Below are positions 13,471 to 27,453 of a stretch of DNA of 64,000 bases, piece after piece (the first letter of the stretch is position 1; the number at the start of each line of letters is the position of its first letter). The notes below the pieces were generated by a model. That model had not been told where the DNA came from. It did not search any database and saw only the letters and a list, made by a program, of their open reading frames with translations. Source of the stretch: Octopus sinensis. Taxonomy: Eukaryota. The position numbers were made by a program, and so were the translations under genes. The stretch is taken from assembly GCF_006345805.1 (NCBI RefSeq), contig NC_043002.1, positions 36,084,001-36,148,000 of the forward strand, given 5' to 3'.

Positions 13471-14220
13471 CACACACACACACACACACACGTGCACACA
13501 CTCATATACATATACATGCACATATGTATATGTATCTGTATGTATATGTGTATGTATGTATAAATACACACACATTTATAAGGCATACCTATATGTACAC
13601 ACACACATGCATACATATATATACACATACATATACACAAACACACACACATATATTTACAGATATAAACATATATTTATACATGTATATGCATATATAC
13701 ACACATACTTGTATATGTGTGTGTGTGTTATGTAAATGTGTGTGTATGTTTGTGTTAACGTGCTTTGACATGATATGATTGTTGCAAATAAATATCATTG
13801 ATTTCTGATGAAAACATGTCTGGGCATGGGGTCCTTTTTCAATTTGCTTGGAAATAAGTAAGGGTTGACAACGGGGAGGGCATCCAGTTGTAGAAGATTT
13901 GCCTTGTTAAACATTGTCCAAACCATGCAAACATGGAAAAGTGAATGTTAACGATGAGTAGGTAAAAGTTCTTTATGTATTCCACAGTAGGTGACCAGTG
14001 TTGCCAAGTGTGCATAAAAGAATACAAGAGTTACGGAATGGAGTGGGTAAAACCCAGGCTACATATGTTTCATACCGAGTGGAACCTCAGAAATGGTAAA
14101 ATTCAAGTGAGGTGTATACTGTTGGCTACTCTTCAGGCCCAAAATATCTTGATTAGATTAAAGGTTACATTGTCACAAGGAAGTACATGGTGACGCAAAT
14201 TAGATTCAATCAGTATGTGT

Positions 14221-14251
<31 letters not shown>

Positions 14252-14422
14252 GTATGTATATATATATATATGTAGGTATGTATATGTATGTATGTATGTG
14301 TATATATATGTATGTATGTATATATATGTATATATATATGTGCATATGTATAAGTGTGTATATATGTATATATATATATGTGTGTGTGTGTATATATATA
14401 TATATGTATGTATACATATATA

Positions 14423-14465
<43 letters not shown>

Positions 14466-14512
14466 GTATACATATGTGTTCATATATAGGTATATATGCG
14501 TGTATATATATG

Positions 14513-14579
<67 letters not shown>

Positions 14580-14653
14580 CTATATATGTGTGTATATATA
14601 TAATATATATATATATATATATGTGTGTGTATATATATATATATGTATATCTA

Positions 14654-14714
<61 letters not shown>

Positions 14715-14752
14715 GTATATGTATATATATATATATATAATATATATATATG
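12870..14752. repeat. Cluster of compound (TA)n/(TG)n/(CA)n microsatellites
   Basis: Long dinucleotide tracts at ~12870-13155, 13385-13750 and 14220-14752; source of the YI/CV-repeat ORFs. Confidence 0.95.
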
Positions 14753-14959
14753 CAGACATAGCTCACCTTTTGTCATTAATTGGTTCCCGAAGACATGACT
14801 CAAGTCGAATTAACTTTCTCTAGGCTAGGCTAGGCCAAATTTACTTGTCTCTAGGCTAAATCAATAATAATCATTCTCAGTTCTGTACTTTATTTATGAA
14901 TGCATTTTCAATAATGCACAGTTTATAAAAACCTATTTTATGTTTACAAACAAATAATT

Positions 14960-15900
14960 TTTATTTTTTAATACAGTACAGTAAAAAAAAAAGTAAGCTA
15001 AATTTACAAATACAATTTGGTGGAGTTTACTGTACACATACAGATGCTCGCATTACTTTTGAATAGAGTGATAATTTCTTTGTTCCTTAAATTTCATGAA
15101 CTATCCTTGACTTGCCTTGGATTCTACATCTTTCTCGTTTGGTATTTTTTCTTCAGGTCCTCAAAGACAATGCTTTCTCTTGAATGATTTCTTGACTAAT
15201 AGTAGCATACTGACGATTCAACCTAACAATCCAAAGAGAAAGATTTTCCATTTCTTCAAAGATTTTGCCCTTTTTTTTTATTGATGACAGTGTTCTTCAT
15301 CCCTGGGGCTTCAGATTTCATATATGCTAAAATCTTGTCCTTATTATGTACAATCATCAATATAGTTGTCCAACTCATCCCAAAAGATTGTGCAATTCAT
15401 CATCATCATCATCATCATCATTTAACATCCGCTTTCCATGCTTGTATGGGTTGGACGATTTGACTGAGGTCTGGCAAACCAGACTCCAATCTGATCTGGC
15501 AGAGTTTCTACAGCTGGATGCCCTTCCTAATGCCAACCACTCCGAGAGTGTAGTGGGTGCTTTTACATGCCACCGGCACAAAGGCCAGTTTGGTGGTACT
15601 GGCAACGGCTACGCCCAAATGGTGCTTTTTACGTGCCACCTGCACAGGAGCCAGTCCAGCGGCTTTCACCTTTTTCATGGCATTTTATCATAGCTAGTTT
15701 ATCTTCCAGCATTATAGCATGATGCTGAGCACTTTCACTATGAATTTTCTTAGGAGCCATGGGGACAAAAGATAAAGTCATAAATGAATGAGAATGAGAA
15801 AGTAGCTGATAAACAGACGTAAACAAATCTGAATTCAAAACAGTCGCGGGAATCACGAGTGACAACGACGCCTAACAGTAGATATTGGAACAACAGTGCA
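14960..15900 (-). mobile_element. Tigger/pogo transposon remnant interrupted by an RTE 3' end (15397-15660)
   Basis: - strand MAPKKIHSESAQHHAIMLEDKLAMIKCHEKGES resembles the CENP-B-type HTH N-terminus of Tigger transposases; boundaries approximate. Confidence 0.5.
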
Positions 15901-16120
15901 ATATGAGCTCTGAAAGACCGATAAATAAGCTGATCTCGTGATTTTGTTCACTAAGCTACACTACTTAATGGTTTTCTAGTGATTTTAGGATTCCAATATG
16001 TGTGTGGCAGACAGACATAAAGTCAAGTAAAATGACTTAACTTGATTTTTATTTTTCCATATATTATTTTTGAAAACTGGCATATAATCAAGAACAACTT
16101 AAGCCAAGTATGCCTCTGTG

Positions 16121-16184
<64 letters not shown>

Positions 16185-16213
16185 TATATATACACACACA
16201 CATATATATATGA

Positions 16214-16250
<37 letters not shown>

Positions 16251-16254
16251 ATAT

Positions 16255-16312
16255 ATCATCATCATCATCATCATCGAAAACGGACGCTAAACGATGATGA
16301 TGATGATGATGA

Positions 16313-16316
<4 letters not shown>
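16255..16316 (+). mobile_element. Minimal RTE 3' terminus with an inverted copy of its tail
   Basis: (ATC)7-gaaaacggacgctaaac-(GAT)8; the core matches the RTE terminus gaaagcggacgttaaac(gat)n. Confidence 0.7.
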
Positions 16317-16386
<70 letters not shown>

Positions 16387-17879
16387 ATGTATGTAGGTAT
16401 GTATGTATATGTATAAGGCAAATAAGAAAAATAAAGCAATTTCTGTTTTCCCCCCACTCATACCTAGTATTCAATTATGAGACTATCCTGCAATAATAGG
16501 CACTTGGATATTTATTATCCCTTAGATGGTTGCTTAACCTCTAACTCATACAGACATTATATATATTTATTTATTCCTTCATATGTTTCATTCTTGAGGC
16601 TGCAGCTGTGCTAGGGCACCGCCATTGTAATCGCCTTTCGATTGGGCATTTCTATGTGTTTGGCTTCTGGTTAAGGAGGGAGTTCAATATCGCTGCCCTC
16701 TTTTGAGTTTCCTGCTTTGATATTGGTTCATCTGGGATTTTGGATAGTAAGAGATCAAGTTGTTTCTTGAAAATATCTACTCCCACTCCATGGAGTTCCC
16801 GCAGATGTTTTGGCAAGGAGTTGAATAGCTATTGCAGTAGATGATCCTCGCCCTAGATGAGACAGCTGGTACTTTTGGAACAATGAAGTGACATCCATTT
16901 CAAGGTCTGATATATTTATGTAGCAGCTGTTTCTAGGATATTATGAATATCCCTTCATCAGAGTCAGAGACAGTGTGAGAAAATATTGTGGAAAAGGAGG
17001 AGATAGAGAATATAGGGAGAAATAAGAGAATGAAAGTAGAAATAAGATATATAAAGGTATTGTAGTTGCAGTTCCATTATTCGAGAAAAATGGTGTAAGT
17101 TCCAGTAGTAGTTCATGTTTAGTCATTTCAAAGTATGGAGCCATGGAATCGATCAAAAGGGTTTTGTGGTGTGGATGAAAATTTGAGAATGTACTGGTAG
17201 TATTTGTGGATAGATGGAGGGAGGAGAGATGTGTATGATTAGAAAGAGGAGATAAGTCAAATTTAAAACAAGAAGAGAGAGAGAAAAAAAAACAAAGAGT
17301 GGAAAAAAGTGAAGAGAGGGTGAAAGAAGTGAGAAAGGGAGTGTTAATTGGTGGTCAAGATAATGTGATTGGGGAGGGATAGGAAGAGATGAGAAGGTAA
17401 GGAGTAAAAGAATGTGAAATATGTGAGTTGGAGTGATATGACAGAGCCATATTAAGGGATGGGTAGAGTGATACGGAAGTGAGTGGTAATTTTGATAGTG
17501 AAATTTGAGGTGTAGGGAAGAATACATGGATGTCAAATTACTATAAATAGACGTATGTGATAGATTAGTGCTAGGTAGGAATAGGAGACAAGGAAAGAAG
17601 GTATAATGGCATACATATGCATACACTCACATATATATTTGCGAATATGTATACTTATATACACAGACACATACATACACAGGCATCAATAGATGCATTC
17701 ATACATGCATATGCATGCGCATACACATATATATACATGCACATGCATCCATGCAGGTGCACACGCATTTACAGTCACACACATGCGCACATACAGGTAC
17801 TTAAGTATACACATATACACGTTCATATATATTTGTATACACATACACACATACATATGGGTCAGACAAACACACACAC

Positions 17880-18500
17880 ATGTATATACAACTTATTCGC
17901 ATCAGCCCATTTATATATTACATTCAGGTCTTTCCGCAGTCTTAGGATGTCAATAGGATCCTTGATTGCTTGTGATAGTTTTGTATCATCAGTGTGGCTG
18001 ACTATGGCTGAAGGGATGTCTGTGAGAGCAACCACAAGCAGTAGTGGTCCCAGCACTGTTCCCTGGGAGACTCCACTGAGGATTGGTGTCACTTCAGAGA
18101 GAGCACCTTTTGTTGCGACAGCCTAACTTCTGTCCTTCAAGAAATCATGCAGCCACTCTCCCAGTCTACCAGTGATACTGATGTCATACAATTTGTGATA
18201 TATCATCCCATGATCAATTTTGTCAAAGGCCTTGGCAAAGTCGAGATATACCATATCCACATTTGAATGGTTGAGTTGTTGTTTCCAGTCGAAGTGCTGT
18301 AGTAGCTGTGTAAGGCAGCTCTTTCCAGGACAGAAACCACGTTGCATGTCTGTAAGCAAGTCATTTTCTTTTAGGAATGTGGTCAGTCTTTTTCTGACAA
18401 TGCGTTCCATGATCTTGCTGACATGCGAGGTCAGAGATAGGCCTGTAGTTTGCAGCATCTGCTCTGCTTCCTCCTTTATGGACAGGGCAGATTATTCCTT
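17880..18500 (-). mobile_element. CR1-group LINE RT fragment (a further 3' piece at ~16620-16940)
   Basis: LTSHVSKIMER, QRGFCPGKSCLTQLL, YLDFAKAFDKIDHG, GVSQGTVLGPLL, DDTKL motifs; frameshifted. Confidence 0.85.
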
Positions 18501-18904
18501 CATATATATGTATATATATATATACCTGCTACTCATTCTTGTTTATTCTTTTATTTGTTTCAGTCATTTGACTGTGGCCATGTTGGAGCACCACCTTTAG
18601 TCGAACAAATTGACCCCAGGACTTATTCTTTGCAATATCTTATTTATGTCTTACATTTTACTTTGATTTATAGACACAGTTGACATACCTCTCTCTTGTA
18701 ATATCTTCATTTAGCGAGAGAAAAAATTATGAAAGCCAATAAGCAAACAAACAGGCATAACCACTTGTTTTATATGCAACAGGCCTAACCACATTTAAAA
18801 GTAAGGTTTGGATATTATAGCCATCATTGCTTGGAATATGGTACACATGCATCCACAGAACTATCCATCCACCCACATGATGATGATAATAATAATAATA
18901 ATTA

Positions 18905-19095
18905 TCCTTTGTATTAGGCACAAGGCCTGAAATTTTTAGGGAGGAGATAAGTTGATAACAGCTACCACAGTATTCAACTGCTACTTTTTTACTGATCCTG
19001 AAAGAATGGAAGGCAAAACTGGCCTCTGCACAATTTGAACTCAAAACGTAAAGACAAATGAAATGCCATTAAACATTTTGGCCAATGTGCTAACA
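18905..19095 (-). mobile_element. tRNA-derived SINE; related copies ~19455-19605, 38405-38590, 51487-51660 (+), 62045-62270
   Basis: Shared aggcacaaggcctgaaattt...gaaaggatgaaaggcaaagttgacct-ggcggaatttgaactcagaac (B-box on the - strand). Confidence 0.7.
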
Positions 19096-20399
19096 ACTCT
19101 GCCAGCTCATCAACTTAATAATAATAATGATGATGATGATGATAATCATTATTATTATTGCAAGACATGGAAAACAGTGAGCAGCAGCAGCACCTTTATC
19201 AGAAGTTATATGAATGAATTACATTGCTTCTTTGATTTTCAAGAATATTTTTGATTATGTAGTGTTAGGCCATTTACATAATTGTAATTTTTTTTTGTTT
19301 GTTTGTTTCTCCATTTGTATCACTGTAAATAAGTAAAATTTCTCAACAGTTTGTTTTGGTTTCATTTGTTCGTAAGAATTATTTTAATGATGTGCAGTGA
19401 TTTAAGATTGGCAACAATGTATTTGCCTTGTGTAAGGTAAATATGATTACATAATCTTTACTCTAGGCATAAGGCCTGAAATTTTGGGGGAGTGGTGGCG
19501 GGCCAGTCAATTAGATCGACCCCAGTATGCAACTGGTACTTAATTTATCGACCCCAAAAGGATGAAAGCCAAAGTTGACCTTGGCGGAATTTGAACTCAG
19601 AACATAAATATAATTACATACTACCAAAACCAAAGTTTCATTCAGTCTTTTTATCAACTGCCTGTATCAGCTGATTGTAAAAACAAATGTGTGTGTGTAT
19701 GTGTATTTGCATACATGGGCATAATAAATACATAATTATTGGTAGATTTGTATGTGTTTTTATATGTATTTATACTTTGTACATGTATCACAGCTTGTAT
19801 ACATGTATGCTTAATGCCTATGCATTATTTGTGTGTGTGTGTGTGTAATTTTTCTTAGATAGATTGTAGCTTTAATTGCTGTAAATAAACAGTGAAATAA
19901 CTTCATGAAAGTAAGAAGTAACTCATGGATGTACAAATTTAGATGTTTGGTAGACTTATTACATGTATGTCAAGTCCATTGCTAAGATATTTCATTCTCA
20001 GTGACTCAGTTTATGTAGATATAAGTAAATTCCATTAAGTAGAATTAATTCAACACTGTGAACACTGATAAGTAGTAGGTAGATATAGACAAGATTTCAT
20101 TGACTTTGAATCCAGAGTTCACCTCCATGAATGAGTTTCAATTGAAGAAGAGTGTGATCGGCTGATCTTTTGTGTTAATGATTTGGATTTGGTAAGACTA
20201 TTTTCAAAGCTCCCAAGATTGATAAAAAGAAGTTAACATTAAACTGGGAGCCTAACCTTAATGTTTGCAACAGAATGGATTCTGCTAAAAGCACCCAAGA
20301 GCAAGGTAGTATGTGTCTAGTGTTAAACCAAGTTATGGCTTAAATTCACCATCTTATGCACTTCCTTGGACAGATTTTCATTAAGTTTCTGTCAATCAT

Positions 20400-20403
20400 T
20401 CTT

Positions 20404-20453
<50 letters not shown>

Positions 20454-20454
20454 T

Positions 20455-20508
<54 letters not shown>

Positions 20509-20510
20509 CA
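20400..20510. repeat. (CT)n microsatellite
   Basis: ~110 bp CT/CTTT tract. Confidence 0.95.
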
Positions 20511-20838
20511 AATATATATATATATACGAAACACATATTTATATAACTTATATATATATATATAAACACATACACACATGCAAACACAAAAATAGAATAG
20601 ATAACTGCTATAAAAAATGACTAATTTTTATACTCATTCTGAACAAAATAAAGTTAGTAGAATTAGTTAAAGTTATAGAACAAACATTGATTCTTTACGA
20701 CTAATACTGGTAGATCAAATAGCACTTGCTGCTCATATTTTACTGTTAAATTCCACCTAAATTCAAACAGCTTGTAAAAAATACAAAGATGCTCCACATT
20801 GATTTGAACTGTTCACCAATCATATGTTCTCTTCATTT

Positions 20839-20933
20839 CTATTTTTTTTCTATTTGTTGTAACCTTTGGACAATGTAGTCTATGGTTATATCATCTATAG
20901 TGCCAAAAAAGTCAACAGTTAGTATTAACTGAT
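20839..20933 (-). CDS. Putative terminal coding exon of an unidentified - strand gene ((D)QLILTVDFFGTIDDITIDYIVQRLQQIEKK*)
   Basis: Acceptor aacAG (20934-20935), non-repetitive protein-like frame ending in TAG, phase matches the microexon at 21255-21274. Confidence 0.5.
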
Positions 20934-21254
20934 CTGTTGTTGAGGTTTTATGCAAAGGCAATAACTTTTTTTCTTTTTCATTTCTTGATCCAAACACGTA
21001 ATAATATAAACAAATTAAAGAAAACATCCTAATTTTTTTCTTTTAATAAATGAAAAAATTGTTATCATATATATTCAAAGCTAGTTGCATTGCACTTCCA
21101 GTATAAGTTGAATGTCATAAATAATCTCTAAGAGAGGTAATCCTTTCAAATTTTTTTTCATGCAACATTAGTTTTTAAAATATATACATATATTATTTAG
21201 TCAAAAGAAGGATAGCATCAAAATCCTTTTATAAGGTCTGTGTGTAGAAATTAC

Positions 21255-21274
21255 CTTCAGAACTAAGAACAAAC
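21255..21274 (-). CDS. Putative 20-nt microexon (FVLSSE) of the - strand gene
   Basis: ttttcAG|GTTTGTTCTTAGTTCTGAAG|GTAAtt: consensus acceptor and donor, in phase with the downstream exon. Confidence 0.45.
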
Positions 21275-21579
21275 CTGAAAATTTGTAACAAAGTGAACTC
21301 AACTAAAGACACTGAAAATCATGTAGTTAAACTACAGTTTATTGGTCAAGAACTGGAACAGTTTCTCTAATGAGCTTTTACAAAGATTCCATGTACCATA
21401 TTTCTCACAAAATACTTTCATTTTATTGGGTGAGGAAGTTCCTTTCACAGACTTGATTGAAGTAGAATAATTTTAATTTTTCACAACACCAGTACTTTCC
21501 CCTTTAGTGATAGATGTTATTGTAAGCGAGGATTTTACCTTACAATAATTTTGAAAATGTATGTGTGTATGTGTGTGAA

Positions 21580-21950
21580 TCTTTTATCTTTTACTTGTTT
21601 CAGTCATTGGGCTGCAGTTATACTGAGGTACTACCTTGAAGGGTTTAGTCAAACAAATCAACCCCATTACTTAATTATTTAAACCTAGTACTTATTCTCT
21701 TGGTCTCTAAGTTACAGGAATGCAAACAAACCAACACTGATTGTCAAATTTTGGTGGTGAAAACACAAAAACATACACATATAGATATAAACATATACAA
21801 CAGGCTTCTTTCAGTTTCCATCTGTCAAATCCATTCATAAGGCTCATTGGCCCAGCATTATAGTAAAAAAAAAGACATTTACGTAAGGTGCCACACAGTA
21901 GCCAACCCCAGAGCCATGTGGTTAGAAAGTAAACTTCTGGCCACACTGCC
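21580..21950 (-). mobile_element. tRNA-derived SINE; related copies ~18535-18640, 23090-23220, 32460-32610 (+), 52420-52530 (+), 61500-62400
   Basis: Shared tcttttacttgtttcagtcatt-gactgcggccatgctggagcacc...aggtgccac-cagt..catgtggttagaaag. Confidence 0.7.
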
Positions 21951-24624
21951 AACTTAAAAGGTTTGGCTATCATCCAACTGCAATAGTAGACAGTCACAAT
22001 TCTCCTTCACATCCATTGCTGCTTCATAATCATGGTCCCATAGTCGGTGATCAGCTCTGAGCATTAAAAAAAGATACTGCAAGAGATCATTTCCAATGCT
22101 GTAACAATTTCACTATTCCATTTTCCTGAATTGGTACTTTATTTATCAAGCCCAAAATGACAACTGGTAAAGTTGACCTTGACAAGATTTGAACTCAAAG
22201 TGCAGAGAACTAAAACAAAAACCACAATGTATTCTATTTGATGCTCTGACAATTCTGCCAATTTGCTGCTATGAAGATTTTAACTTTTAATCTTAAATTT
22301 TTTAGAAATTGTGACTGTATTCTTATATTTTGTACCAGAAAAGTAGTGCACTCTAATTCTTTAAACACTAAATCCACTTCAGTGAACATTGTCTATTTTG
22401 TCCAAAAATTTCAATCAACTGATCTTGTTAGAGTTATCTCTCTTGCTTGTTATTCTTAAATTTTAAGCCTTCTTTAGAAAGGAAGCATTTATCAAGTAAT
22501 TGCTTAGATAATTTCAGTTGATTGACATTTTTCAACTGATTGTTACATATATGGAACCCTGTCATATTTGTTATGTTACCATCTGGATGGAAACATTGCT
22601 TAAAATCTTCATTCAGAAATATTCATATAGATAGACTTGTATGTATATCATAGTATATAATGTTTATATTGTATGTTTTTGTATGTTTGCATTTTCTTTT
22701 ACTTACTTATTGGTCCAAGGCTCCTGGACATAGACATGCTGGGGACACCATCTATGTTTAGTTTCCTTCTTATAGGTTGAGCTAACCATAAAAAAAAAAT
22801 GACATAATCTTCAAACTTAAAATCCAGTTATATTGTATCAAGTGCCTGTAAATTGTTGTTCTTTACTTCGTAAATCAACGTTTTATTAGTCTACTTGATA
22901 AACAATTTGAGGTGAGGAAAACACTTATGTCAACCTCAGTAATTGATTACTATTTTATTTGGTAGGATTGGCAGGATTTGAACTAAAATAATTAAGATTT
23001 GAGAAAAAATAATTAGAATTAAATTTTCTGCCTATTCAGGTCTTATGAAACTATAAGCAATTATAGTTATCAAAGGGCAGATATATTCTTTTACTAATTT
23101 ACCAGTTTCAGTCACTTGGTTGTGGTCATGCTAGGGCACCACCTTCAAGGGTATTTAGTCAATCATATTGACTCCAGTATATAACTCAGCTTGTACTTAT
23201 TTCATTGATCTTTTTGTCAAATTGCAAAATTAAAGTATATAAAGAGACCCAACATAAATGTAACTAGTAATGTGCTTATGATTGTCTAGGAATGTAGTCC
23301 TACTTTAAAGTGATGAGAATTATTACCTAAATGGTAAAAATCCCACAAGAGAAGCATTTACAAAATTTTAATTGAGATGAATTAAACATAGGTATAATGG
23401 GGTGTGAATTTGATCTTTAGCAATACAATGATAACTCCTGACATGCTTCTCTATTATTAAGTTTCATCAGTGAAACAGTTTACTCGTAACTGCTAGATCT
23501 TAAAATGTCTACAGAAATATAAGACTTTTGAGAATGAACATCAAGTGGCTTAATGACTTAAAAGAATAATGGAAGGAAAACTAGACAGATTCACCTACTG
23601 TGAAAAAATTTAATAGCAACGTGGGCACAAGCATATTTAATGTAGTGAGCTAAGAATTTCTAATTTATTAATTTTGCACATTCAGTGATGAGAACAATCA
23701 TTATCTAATTCATTTGAGTTTGCTTTTCAGATAAACTTTCAGATCTTCTTGGAGAAATTTATATCTCATCTGATTGTCATTAAGCCATTAAAATAGTGAT
23801 ATTTATATACAACACTAAAATATAATTCATGTGGTGAATAGTTTGAGTTTTTGTTCACTCTAGAAAGCATGATTTTCAATCACCTAAAACCATAGCTTAA
23901 GGAAGCTGTAGGAACACAGCAATGCATTTCAATAGACAGATATGTTGCCATATCTCTCTCCTCTCTGGATATGGTTGACTATTGGCTCTTCTGCTCTTTA
24001 ATTGGTTTTGTATTTAATCTTGCTGGGTGCCACATCTCCTTTTTTTCATACAGTAAAAGTAAGGGGTGGTTACTGACTGGTTATACTATATTACATGATT
24101 ATTATTGTTGTCAGGCACTATGGTCTAAAACCATAATGCATATTAATTGCAGCTGAAATGCTTTTGGACAATGGACATTGTCTATTCCTGCATGCCCATA
24201 AATTCTGGTGGTGGTCAGAGCATGACAGTTACTGTTCCTCTAAGCATATTGTTAGTGGTTTGCTTTCAGTACAGGTTTGGTGCCAATGACAACACTGATG
24301 TTTCAGGTATTTCTGTCTGCATATATTCTTTATGCTTGTCTAGGTTGTGTAAAATAATAACATAGGACATTGTTGCACTCTTGCTCTGAGGTGTTGTATA
24401 TGTATCTAGGTGTTATTTTGTTTAGTGACAGATTCTGTGGGGATTTGAAGCTGGCGGTGGCAACAAACTACACGTCCAGGTAATCCTTCATTTTTATTTA
24501 TCATTTGCGTGTGTGTGTGTTTGTATGCTCTGTGATGTTTGTGAACTTTGTAGTTTATTTGTGGTTAGTTATGGAGAGATTGAGACATCAAGTAGGATTA
24601 GAATAGCTCATAATGGATCTAATA

Positions 24625-25741
24625 CAGGTGTGGGTAATTGACAGCCAGCAGCCTACCACAGAGTTTTCTGCAGCCTGCAGAAGGATTCATAAAAAAATTT
24701 TCTCCGAGTCTAAAATTTTTGTAAACTGATCACAGTAAACTGCTAGTGCCAAGGCTGACATGAACAAGACTTGCTTCCTTTGTGTCACAGAAAATTAACC
24801 CTGTGTTTTAATAGGTGGATACCTCCTGCGCATGTGCCCATTCATACACATGCGGAGTACCTTCATATGGGATGTGCGAAGTGGAGATATAAGAGGATGT
24901 TTGCAGTTGAGAAATTAAATGAATTGAATGCAACATTCAGGGAAAGGGGTTGTTTGTACATGAAATGTTTAGGCATGTGAGATCATTCAAAACAAAACTA
25001 GGTCTATTTGCAAGGCAAGCAGGTGATGACAAGTTCTGTTATTTCAAGAAAACAGAAAGTGCTTGCTAGTGTTTCTTCCAAGATTAGGGATCATTTATGG
25101 AGTTTGCAGGGTGAGGTCAAAAGAAGATTTCAGGATTTTATGAAAATTGAGCCTGATTTAAATTTATCTTATCCCTTCGCTGCTGATCTTGATACAGCAC
25201 CTGAAGAAGTGCAGCTTGAACTAATTGACATGCAGTTATATCACATGCTGAAAGAAACGTTTAATTCTGTGACATTGATAGAATTTTACAAATCTGTGTC
25301 TACTGACAAATTTCCATGTGTCAAGAAATTTGCTGGAAAAATGTTTTCTACTTTTGGATCCACATGTATTTGTGAGCAAAGTTTTTTTTTGCATGAAAAT
25401 CAACAAGAGTTAAAATAAATCCTCTGTGACTGACATAAACTTGCAGGCAGTGATGAGGATCTCAACAAGCAACCTCACTCCTAATTTCAAAAGAATTGTA
25501 AATAAGTGTGACAGGTTACCGTTATCTCATTAAATTACTTGTGCTGGCTGATGTGTAATTTGCACATAAATAAAATTAATGAAACCTTTTCTGTGTACCA
25601 CTATTGTTTTAGTTTTATTTATTTACTATTATGAGGTAATTTACACTTTGCATTAAATAAAATATAGTGTTAACTAATGAATATGATCAGGTATAGAAGA
25701 TGTGCCCCCCCCCCCCAAGCCAAAACAGTTGCTCACCCCTG
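24625..25741 (+). mobile_element. Internally deleted hAT (Charlie/Buster-type) DNA transposon
   Basis: Perfect 8-bp TSD ATCTAATA (24617-24624, 25742-25749); TIRs CAGGTGTGGGTAA / TTGCTCACCCCTG; ORF 25008-25418 with RRFQDF..PF..QLELIDMQ..FGSTCICEQSF (hAT dimerisation domain). Confidence 0.9.
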
Positions 25742-27246
25742 ATCTAATACATTGTTCACTATTGTAGTTATTTCTTTCTATTGGCCAAATGTAGTGCTTG
25801 TGATTCCTTGAACTGCGTCTGTGAATGTTGTATATAACTCTTTATATTTTTGCCTTAGGTGTGTGTGTTTTGCATATGTTGTTTAGTGTGATGCTTCGTT
25901 ATAGTTGACATTCTTTAGGGCTGCTGATGAGAAGAGACTATAGATGCCTCTTTAAGTTTTCTGGAGTCAAGTTTCTCAAACATTTGATGTCGGTTTGAAA
26001 TTGTTGTGCAACTGTACTTGAAGAATTGTGGGAGGATATGAATGCAATGTTATCTGTAAGGGATGTCGTGTGTATGCTTTCTGAATATGTAGAAAGGTCA
26101 GACAGGTATAAATTGAAATGGGTAGTTCTGAAGACAGATCCCAGTAGTACACCTTTTGGAAAATTGCAGGTTCTGAAAGTATTGTTCTAGGTTACATTGT
26201 ACCATTAGCAAATGGAATCTGACCATGGCTTTAGTTTTTATACTTAAGTGGGGACAAGTATCTGGCTGCCTAAATAGACACAGCATGCTTTGTACTTGTT
26301 ACTAATGTAAACATTTGTTCACCTGGCTGTAAATAAAATCTCCAAATGGTCAAGTAAATCTACTTAAAAACCAGGCAAATTTACCTCAAACAATACCCTA
26401 CTATCTTTAAAAAAATCATTATATTATGTAGTCTGGGGTGCACTATTTATGGAAATAAGAGATAGGATTTTCTTGGCTTTTTGTCTTAAGTCTGTTTGAT
26501 AAAGACCAACTTAGGACTAAACAGGCAACAGCCAAATCTTCCTCAAATTACTTGTACTACCATTATGGAAAGACATATCACTAATGCAGTTCAAGATATA
26601 CATTATCTAAAATCATAAGACATTAGTCAGCTGGGATGCCTTTGGTAGTGAGACTGTTCTCAGCTAAATGGCACCAACATCAAATATTCCAATATTCGTA
26701 TGTTAGCCACATAAATCTGAAATCACTATCAGCAATCCTATCAGAAAACTATGAAATTCTAAAATACAGTGACAGTATCAACACTTATCTGGAAATATCC
26801 ATGAAGTTTAGAAACAGTGCATATTTTTAAAAAATGTAATTTCTACTATGTCAATATCCTTTAATCTTCCCACAGACATTTTTGAAGAAATACACTGCTG
26901 ATATTTTTTTTATTATTTTGAAAATAATCAAGAACTTGGAGGGTTTTAGTAAAATAATTAAACATGGTTTTAGTAAAATATGTAAACATTGTCACTGTTG
27001 CTGTTTGAAAATACAACTCAAAAAATATTTTTACGTAAAATTATGAGGGGAAGGGGGGTTCTAATTTAAATTCGAATATTTTAAATGGGTGCTTCTGGAT
27101 TGGAATCAAAGGTTCTTATTGAAGAGAAATCTGATGTTGTGACATTCATACTTTTCCCTTGATTATTAGAGATATGAAATGACTACAGTGAAAAATAAAA
27201 AGGAAGCCAAGTTCTCTATCTCTCTCTCTCTCTCTTCTGTACTTAC

Positions 27247-27394
27247 TATCTTGTTTCTAAAATGATCACTATTAGATATGACTTCTTTTTCTTCCTCCCT
27301 TACCCAAGCAGTCTTTGTGTCATCTTCTTGGCTGTAATTTAGGAGACGATTTATGTTAAAATTATCACTTACATTGAAAAAATCTAGATCATAT
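27247..27394 (-). CDS. Putative internal exon of the - strand gene (YDLDFFNVSDNFNINRLLNYSQEDDTKTAWVREEEKEVISNSDHFRNKI)
   Basis: Pyrimidine-rich tacAG acceptor and GTAAGT donor; 148 nt fully open. Confidence 0.6.
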
Positions 27395-27453
27395 CTGTAT
27401 GTCAAAAATAGAAGGAAAAGCACTATAGTCCAAAGGTAGATAACTTTCATATA

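Noticed and set aside
7478-16496. YI/CV/HT-repeat ORFs
   Set aside because: Translations of (TA)n, (TG)n and (CA)n microsatellites.
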